Source: Spirochaetia bacterium (GTDB lineage Bacteria > Spirochaetota > Spirochaetia > SZUA-6 > Bin103). From it: a DNA stretch of 64,000 nucleotides. Both the position numbers and the translations under genes were made by a program. The notes under the pieces were generated by a model. That model saw only the letters and a list, made by a program, of their open reading frames with translations. It searched no databases and was not told the origin of the DNA. This document shows, piece by piece, positions 57,930 to 64,000 of the stretch (the stretch's first letter is position 1; every line of letters begins with the position of its first letter). The DNA lies in contig CBDBDQ010000005.1 of assembly GCA_965203905.1 (NCBI GenBank), positions 768,001 through 832,000 of the forward strand, read 5' to 3'.

Positions 57930-59003
57930 CTACCCGTCCAGTGCCGCCTGCACGCTACTGGCGACCGCGTCGGACACCCAGGCGGTCCACACGTCGGTCT
58001 CGTTCTTCAGAAACTCACGCGCGACATCGGCCCACTCCGCATCCATCTCACTCTGCTTCGCCAGGTACGCACTGACCATCATCTGGTCGATCTCGTACGC
58101 GCGCAGCAACTCGATCATCTCTTCCGTAACAGAATCCGCGAATTCCTTGCTTACGGCGACGTTGACGATCGACGGGGGAAAGGCGCAGCCGCGGTCGCCA
58201 TCCCAGCATTCCTGCGTGAACTCCGGTTCCTCGAGTGGGATCATTGGGTAGGAGCCCAACAGCGGGGTGGGGCCCCAGTAGTAGCCGAGCCACGCTTCGC
58301 CCTTCTCGTAGGCGGCGGCCATCGACGCATCCAGCGCCGGCGCCGCACCGGGGCGGAAGTTGGTGAAGTGCTCGTCGAGGCCATATGCCTCCATCTTCTT
58401 GTTGTTGGTCAATTCGCACTGCCAGCCGATGATGCAGTTGTAGTAGCGGCCCTTGTCGGGCTGCTCGGGATCCTGGAACAACTGAGCGTACTTCGGCAGA
58501 TCGGCCACCGACTTCAGGTCGGGCGCCATCGGTTCGATGCCGCGTTCGGGGTCGCCCTCGATCACGTAGCGCGGCACCAGGAACGACATCTCGGAGGCCT
58601 CCATGTTCAGGCCCAGGTCGAGCACTACGCCGTCGGCGGCCGCCGTGTGGAAGTCGTCGGGCGCGGTGTTGAACCAGATCTCCATGTTGATGTCGATGTC
58701 GCCGCGCACCAGCCCCTGGACCATCGGAATGGTGGACCCGGGGATGTCCGTGTACTCGCAGCCGAAACCCGCCTCCAGAATCTGTCCCGCGATATGGTTG
58801 TGCAACTGCGCACTGGGCCAGTCGAGGCCGGCGAACACGATCTCGCGACCGAGGCCGTTGCAGTCCATGGCGGCCATTGCGCCGTCGTCGTCCTCCCGGC
58901 TGGGCTCGGCGACCGCCAGTTGGGCCACCAGAGCCATGGCGACCAGGGCGGTCAGCAGCTTAAGCGATGCTCCTCCAAGAGTGAGCTGTTGGCCAGAGGC
59001 CAT
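57930..59003 (-). CDS. proX: Glycine betaine ABC transporter substrate-binding protein
   Basis: FAGLDWPS, RGDIDINMEIW, CIIGWQC, GYYWGPT; start uncertain (ATG 59003). Confidence 0.88.
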   Translation of the reverse strand: MASGQQLTLGGASLKLLTALVAMALVAQLAVAEPSREDDDGAMAAMDCNGLGREIVFAGLDWPSAQLHNHIAGQILEAGFGCEYTDIPGSTIPMVQGLVRGDIDINMEIWFNTAPDDFHTAAADGVVLDLGLNMEASEMSFLVPRYVIEGDPERGIEPMAPDLKSVADLPKYAQLFQDPEQPDKGRYYNCIIGWQCELTNNKKMEAYGLDEHFTNFRPGAAPALDASMAAAYEKGEAWLGYYWGPTPLLGSYPMIPLEEPEFTQECWDGDRGCAFPPSIVNVAVSKEFADSVTEEMIELLRAYEIDQMMVSAYLAKQSEMDAEWADVAREFLKNETDVWTAWVSDAVASSVQAALDG

Positions 59004-59031
59004 ACTTCGTAATCTACGCATAGGATCAACG

Positions 59032-59135
59032 AGTATGACACAGTCCGAACCGCCGGTGTCAAGTGCGCATCCGAACAATCCGAACGAACAACAACGACGC
59101 GAACGAGCGAACGAAGTGCGGACGAACGGACGAAA
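59032..59135 (-). promoter_or_regulatory. proXWV promoter region with clustered GAAC/GTTC direct repeats
   Basis: TTGACA-N19-CATACT with a TG extension; seven GAAC motifs between 59047 and 59127. Confidence 0.4.
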
Positions 59136-59277
59136 CGGTCCCGGCGTGGAGCGGTTGACTGCGGGTGGGCCGGCAGGTGGCTCGACAGCACCGTCGCGAT
59201 GATGGGTCGCGACGTGTAGTGACCCCGCACTCGAGGGTAGTGGATTCTCTGCGGCTTTTTCGGCTGACTTTAGCGCC

Positions 59278-59544
59278 ATGGAACCACGTCCGTTGCTCGA
59301 CGTGGCGGGGTGGATCGGCATGGTCTCGCTGATCTCCGCCTACTGGCTGGTATCTACCGGCAGGCTGCGCGGCACCTCGCGGATCTACCAGACGTTGAAT
59401 GTGATCGGGTCGGTCGGCCTGCTCGCCAACACTTTCTACTACCGCGCCTACCCGGCGGCGGCACTCAACCTGACGTGGCTGACCATCGGGGTGATCGCCT
59501 ACGTGCGCGTGGTGCTCAGGGCGAGGCGCGAGGGTCGCCGTTAG
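59278..59544 (+). CDS. CBU_0592-like small membrane protein
   Basis: GWIG..LISAY..YQTLNVIGSVGL..AYPAAALN..W; three hydrophobic segments. Confidence 0.8.
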   Translation: MEPRPLLDVAGWIGMVSLISAYWLVSTGRLRGTSRIYQTLNVIGSVGLLANTFYYRAYPAAALNLTWLTIGVIAYVRVVLRARREGRR

Positions 59545-59662
59545 GCCCGACGCACGGCCTACGGGCGCGCTGTCGGTCGACCGGCGGCGACCGGCCCGAA
59601 TCGGTTGCCGGCGCGGCTCGCTGCTTCGCTTCGTGGCGCCACGGCGTCCGGGAGGCGGAGGG

Positions 59663-60625
59663 TCAGTGAGGCTCGCTCCAGAAGCGGCCGTGCGGCCAGA
59701 AGGTGCGGAAGTCGCGCGGGAACGAGGTGAGCGCCGGGATTCGGAGCAGCGGCTGGGCGTCAGGCGGCCCGCTTCTGACCAGGCCGGTGGTGGGATCCCA
59801 CACGGTGTCCGACTGTGCGTCGCGAATCCCCTGCCCGTGGACGGCGAGTTCCACGACGCCGCTGCCGGTCCGGCGCGAGAACACGTTCCAGCGGTCCGGC
59901 GACCGCGGATCGGCCACCGCCGCAAGCGGGACTCCGGCCAGCTCGTCGTTGATCACGCCGGTGCTCCGGAGGGCCGGCACCGGGTAGGCGACCGCGGCGC
60001 CCTCCAACTCGACCACGATCACCATCGAGGCCAGGTCGAAGCCACTGCGGCCGCCGCGGGCGTTCAAGGCCACGGTATGGGGATACGCCTCTCGCCACGC
60101 GCCCCAACTCGTGAGCAGCGAAGGCAGCAGCTCCAGCCGCTGGCCGCGGCGCGGTCCCGCGATCGCCAGCCCCAGCGGTTGACTCCACACGCTGCCGGTG
60201 GCGTGGTCGAACCAGGTCATGGCGTTGCCCCACAGCCCGCCCTGGTTCCCGAACCAGATCAGCTCCCCTTCCAGCTCCCGGCGATGGACCATCGCCGTGG
60301 CGCACAGCGGTCACCAGGAGACGAGGATCGGCCAGTCGCCGATCGCGTCGTTCACCATCTCGCGGAAGTTCAGGAAGGAGACCGGATACGCCTTGGCACT
60401 GCCCTGATGCGCGACGCCGATCACCAGGGTGGCGTCGGGCCAGCGCACCCGGTCGGCCGCCACGAACTCCGGCTCGTAGACCGCGCGGATCACGCCGCGC
60501 GGCACCGACTGGTAGTAGCCGGGCGGCACCTCGCCGGCCTGCACCGGATCGTAGGAACTGGCGGCGGGGACCTGCGCGGCGGCGGCCGTCGCGACCGCCG
60601 CAAGCACCGCCGCCAGGATCAGCAC
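59663..60625 (-). CDS. DUF3179 domain selenoprotein (in-frame UGA = Sec at 60311-60313)
   Basis: Signal peptide; AKAYP..REMVNDAIG..ILVSW-(TGA)-PLCAT..FGNQGGLW..DHATGSVWSQ; both ORF-track halves share one frame; SECIS-like hairpin follows. Confidence 0.85.
60279..60297 (-). other. Bacterial SECIS-like stem-loop
   Basis: CGGCGAUG-GUC-CAUCGCCG, 8-bp perfect stem starting after a 13-nt spacer downstream of the UGA, apical GGUC. Confidence 0.75.
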
Positions 60626-60656
60626 GCGGGGAATTCCAAGCAGCCGTGGCGGGCTG

Positions 60657-62636
60657 CTAGCTCCTGAAGAACAGGAACTTGCCCAGCGTGACGGCGACCC
60701 CGCCCGGGCTTCCGGGGATCGCATAGTCACCCTTGATGGTGTTCCCCAGGTTGGTGTTGGCGGTGTACACGGTGGGCGCCAGACCCACGGTGCCGATGAT
60801 CAGCAGTTCCTCCGCGTAGAAGTCGAATATCTTCTCGCTCACCTCGAGGTACTCCTGCGACCCGTATTCCGAGCTGTAGCGCTGCACCAGGAGCGCGAAC
60901 AGGTCCTTGATCTTCTGCGGCGGCTCCTCCCCGGGGAGCTTGCCGCCCTCGAATTCGTCCAGCTTCTGGCGACCGTCCTTGATCGCCTGCTCCGCCTCCA
61001 GCCAGACGTGCCACTTGGAACCCCAGCGGATCGTCTCCGGGCTGATGTTGTACTCGCGCAGCTCCTTGCGGAAGATCTCCGTCTCCGAGAGGATCTCGGT
61101 CTCACCGGCCTCCATGCGTTCGAACGTCAGCGCGTATTCCCCGGGCTTCAACAGCACCTTCAGCCCGATATCCTCCCAGTACTCCTTCACCAGCTCGTGC
61201 ACGGTCACCGAGGTCGACGACATCGAGGTAGGATACTCGATGATCAGCAGCGCGGTCTTGCCATCGGGACGCAGCCGGAAACCGTCCGCGTCGCGCTCGG
61301 TCAGCCCCATTTCGTCGAGCAGCTCCTGCGCCGCGGCCGGGTCGTACCTGGCGTACGGATGCTCCTCTCCCCACTCCGGCTTGTAGAAGGAGGCGCTGGA
61401 ATGCAGCGTCGCCTGACGCGGCACGGCTACCCCGAAGAACACGCTCTCGTTGATCTCGTCGCGGTTGATGGCGAGCGACAGGGCGCGTCTGAACCTGATG
61501 TCCTGGAAGATCTCGCGCAGCACCGGATCCGGATGGTTCTGATTCAGAAAGTAGGGCACCTCCGATCCGTTCCGGCCCGCCACCAGGGTCACTTGGTAGC
61601 CGCCCGGCTCCTCGTTCTCCTTGTACAACGGGTAGTTCTCGAACGACGTATTCATGATGGCCATGTCCGCCTCGCCGCTCATGATCTTGAGCTGATACAC
61701 CTCGGGATCGACGATGGTGGAGACGATGCGGTCGATGTAGGGGAGCTGGTTGCCGGCCGCGTCCACCGCGTAGTAGTAGGGATTGCGCTCGTAGTCGCGG
61801 TAGGTGCTGGTGAACTCGGTGAATATCCACGGCTGCAGGCTGGGCTTCTCAAGGTCGGCCGCGGGCGCAATCTGATAGTGGTGATTGAACGCTTCCCACC
61901 AGTTGTCGAAGCCCTCTTCCTTGGCTAGGGCGTCCGCGTTTTCGTTATGGTTCATGTGCCACTTTTTGAGGTAGTGCTTGGGTGCAAAGCGTCCCCACTC
62001 GCCGCCCCGCCAACTGATCAGGCTCGACATGAACTTCGGAAACGTCTCGTCGAACTCGAAGCGGATGGTATGGTCGTCTACCTTCGTCACCTGCGACAGC
62101 GGCTCGGTGATCTGCCACTTCTCCACCTTCTCGTTGTAGAACATGTCCTCATACGCAAAGATGAAGTCGTCGGCCGTGAAGGGCGCCCCGTCGGACCACT
62201 TCATTCCCTTGTGCAGGGTGAAGGTATAGATCCTCTTGTCGGGCGATATGGCGAACCCCTTCATCAGCTCCGGAACCATCTCGCCGTCCTCGGTGATGCG
62301 CACCATGCGGCCGCCGCGTTCCGGCATCTCGGTCATGTCCTGCCACGGGTAGTTGTCCAGGGCGAACACCTGCAGGGTGCCCCCATAGCGGCCGATCTGC
62401 GGATCTGCCAAAGCCATCGAAGACAGCACAGGGGGTTCGTCGGGCAGCCTCTCCTCGACTGGAGGAAGCTCGCCGGCGGCCACCAGCGCCGCCAGCATCG
62501 GGGCCTCCTGGTAGGCACCGTCCGATGTCATTCCGGCGGCGGAGTCGGCCGTGGAAGTTTCCTGTTCTCCAGTCCCGAACGCCAGCACCGCGCTGACGGT
62601 CAGGACCACGATGACGGGTAGCGCGAGTCGTCTCAT
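60657..62636 (-). CDS. Orphan ABC transporter substrate-binding protein, family 5
   Basis: EAPMLAALVAAGELPPVEERLP, LHKGMKWSDG, RNPYYYAVDAAGNQLPYID; GGAGG RBS; no adjacent permease. Confidence 0.92.
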   Translation of the reverse strand: MRRLALPVIVVLTVSAVLAFGTGEQETSTADSAAGMTSDGAYQEAPMLAALVAAGELPPVEERLPDEPPVLSSMALADPQIGRYGGTLQVFALDNYPWQDMTEMPERGGRMVRITEDGEMVPELMKGFAISPDKRIYTFTLHKGMKWSDGAPFTADDFIFAYEDMFYNEKVEKWQITEPLSQVTKVDDHTIRFEFDETFPKFMSSLISWRGGEWGRFAPKHYLKKWHMNHNENADALAKEEGFDNWWEAFNHHYQIAPAADLEKPSLQPWIFTEFTSTYRDYERNPYYYAVDAAGNQLPYIDRIVSTIVDPEVYQLKIMSGEADMAIMNTSFENYPLYKENEEPGGYQVTLVAGRNGSEVPYFLNQNHPDPVLREIFQDIRFRRALSLAINRDEINESVFFGVAVPRQATLHSSASFYKPEWGEEHPYARYDPAAAQELLDEMGLTERDADGFRLRPDGKTALLIIEYPTSMSSTSVTVHELVKEYWEDIGLKVLLKPGEYALTFERMEAGETEILSETEIFRKELREYNISPETIRWGSKWHVWLEAEQAIKDGRQKLDEFEGGKLPGEEPPQKIKDLFALLVQRYSSEYGSQEYLEVSEKIFDFYAEELLIIGTVGLAPTVYTANTNLGNTIKGDYAIPGSPGGVAVTLGKFLFFRS

Positions 62637-62697
62637 AGCATGCCCCTCCATTTGGGCTGAATTGAACCAACCTTGCAGATGGCCGCGCAACTGTCAA

Positions 62698-63032
62698 GAA
62701 AGCCCCTCACTTGCCCTTGCTTGCTTGCGGCCCTTGCGGACCTGCCGAACGACCTGGTCTGCGTTCGGATCGCGATCCCCGACGATGTTGCGCAGGAGTT
62801 GGCCGACGAGATCGATCCGGCGCTGCTGATCGGCCACGACTACCGCGCAACGCGACGTATCGGCGACGCCTGGTACGAGCGCGGAGAAAGCGCGGTCTTG
62901 TGGGTTCCATCCGTCGTGTCTCCGTACGAGTCCAACGTGCTCTGCAATCAACGGCACGCAGACTTTCCGCGCATCGTCGTGGGTGAACCCACCCCTGCTC
63001 GGGTCGATGCTCGTCTACCGTACCGAAGGTGA
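62698..63032 (+). pseudogene. 5'-truncated RES-domain toxin remnant
   Basis: ESPSLAL in one frame, then LPNDLV..TRRIGDAW..SAVLWVPSVV..NVLCNQRH in another; N-terminal part and Xre antitoxin missing. Confidence 0.7.
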
Positions 63033-63905
63033 TACCTGCGTGAGGTCGGGACTGCGGGGCGCGACCGGTTCCAGGATCGCGCGCCGCTCGGGGGTGAGGC
63101 GTTCCCGCAGCGCGGGGGAGAGCTGGTAGTTGAAGCGGGTGCGGATGTGCCGCGGCGAATAGCGGTACACCACGGTGCGGCGGTATCCGGGGTTGGTGCG
63201 CTCGGCGGAGCCGTGGGTCACGGCGTCGGTGAACAGCAGCACGTCGCCGGCGCGCAGGTGCACCTCGCGCATGCCCAGCGCGTCGCCGGCTCCCTGGCGC
63301 TCGCGGTTGGCCGAGGTGATCGGCTTGCCCTCCACCTCCAGCCGCGGATGCACCTCGGAGGCCTTGTGGCTGCCGGGAACCAGGACCGTGGGGCCGTCGC
63401 CGGGACCGATGTCGTTCAGCGCCATCAGCACGTTGATCTGGCCCACCATCCAGGCCCCGGTGTTGTGCTGGCGGAAGGTAAAGTAGCTGAGCGGCACGTG
63501 GCCGCCGGAGTGGATGAAGAGAAAGCCTCCCCTGGTGCGCACGTTGAGCAGGGTCTCGTGGATCGAAAGCCTGTTGACCGAATTGACGTAGCGGCTGACC
63601 AGGGGCAGCCAGGCCGGGTAGTCGATCAGGCGCTCGAACACCGCTCCCCCCTCCACGATGTTCTGGAAGTTCACGCCGTCGTCGGGGCCGTAGCTGTGCA
63701 ACTCCACGTGACCGATCCAGCGCCCCTCCCGGACCTGATCACGCGGCCCCTGACGTGAGGGAGGGTCCTGCACGTAGCTCCAGTGGTCGTCCAGCCACCG
63801 GTTCATGGCGGCGAGATCGGCCTCGGCGAGCGCACCCGGCAATACCAGGTAGCCTTGCAGATCGAACAGGTAGTCGAGTTCCCGGTCCTCGGAGGAGCTT
63901 TCCAT
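63015..63905 (-). CDS. PhyH family Fe(II)/2OG enzyme with H-x-G iron motif
   Basis: YLFDLQGYLVL, FIHSGGH, DGPTVLVPGSHK, AVTHGS, RRTVVYRY. Confidence 0.85.
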   Translation of the reverse strand: MESSSEDRELDYLFDLQGYLVLPGALAEADLAAMNRWLDDHWSYVQDPPSRQGPRDQVREGRWIGHVELHSYGPDDGVNFQNIVEGGAVFERLIDYPAWLPLVSRYVNSVNRLSIHETLLNVRTRGGFLFIHSGGHVPLSYFTFRQHNTGAWMVGQINVLMALNDIGPGDGPTVLVPGSHKASEVHPRLEVEGKPITSANRERQGAGDALGMREVHLRAGDVLLFTDAVTHGSAERTNPGYRRTVVYRYSPRHIRTRFNYQLSPALRERLTPERRAILEPVAPRSPDLTQVSPSVR

Positions 63906-64000
63906 AGGGCTCACCCTGCCCTCAATCACAGCCTGCCGGCAACCCCGAGCCGCGTTTGACGACTGCCGGATCGGGGCCTATGGTGCAGCCTCCGTGGCAC

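Noticed and set aside
58943-58975. GASLKLLT occurs both in the ProX N-terminus and the XRE antitoxin C-terminus (about 45562-45585)
   Set aside because: Eight residues with different codons and no flanking similarity; most likely coincidence.
59047-59127. LexA/SOS box or CRISPR array in the GAAC cluster
   Set aside because: Spacings match neither GAAC-N7-GAAC nor CGAAC-N4-GTTCG, and there is no repeat-spacer periodicity.
1-64000. rRNA, tRNA (including tRNA-Sec), riboswitches, IS elements, prophage
   Set aside because: No conserved RNA signatures, terminal inverted repeats, transposase, integrase or phage genes seen by eye; a covariance-model scan was not possible.

Overview
GC-rich bacterial window with about 60 CDS and no rRNA, tRNA, CRISPR array, integrase or transposase that I can see. 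It is a catabolic/uptake region. Uptake: five family-5 (Opp/Dpp-type) substrate-binding proteins (two are a recent 2,245-bp tandem duplicate), a CUT1 sugar ABC system and a ProVWX-type betaine ABC system. Catabolism: glycoside hydrolases (GH4, GH32-like x2, GH116), three sulfatase-family genes, six PhyH-type Fe(II)/2-oxoglutarate dioxygenases plus one further 2OG-Fe oxygenase, two membrane di-iron desaturase/hydroxylases, a dimethylformamidase-large-subunit homologue, a CehA/McbA-type PHP hydrolase and a group II PLP enzyme. Interspersed are many toxin-antitoxin modules (DUF3018/MazF, FitA-like/VapC, HicAB, RelE/XRE, a candidate nucleotidyltransferase pair, a RES remnant) and several deletion- or frameshift-scarred pseudogenes. 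The Cys-free 'F/W-A-x-G-x-x-E/D' SBP signal peptides and the gene content suggest a high-GC spirochaete, possibly host-associated (inference only). Strongest observations: (1) a DUF3179 gene that the ORF track splits in two is one reading frame with an in-frame UGA in a U-P-L-C motif followed by a SECIS-like hairpin, i.e. a selenoprotein; (2) the tandem SBP duplicate keeps both promoters and has clustered amino-acid changes; (3) one PhyH protein has H-x-G instead of H-x-D (halogenase-type); (4) one sulfatase has Thr at the formylglycine position; (5) a 310-bp patchwork is built from pieces of flanking genes. All calls come from motif recognition by eye; no database searches were run.
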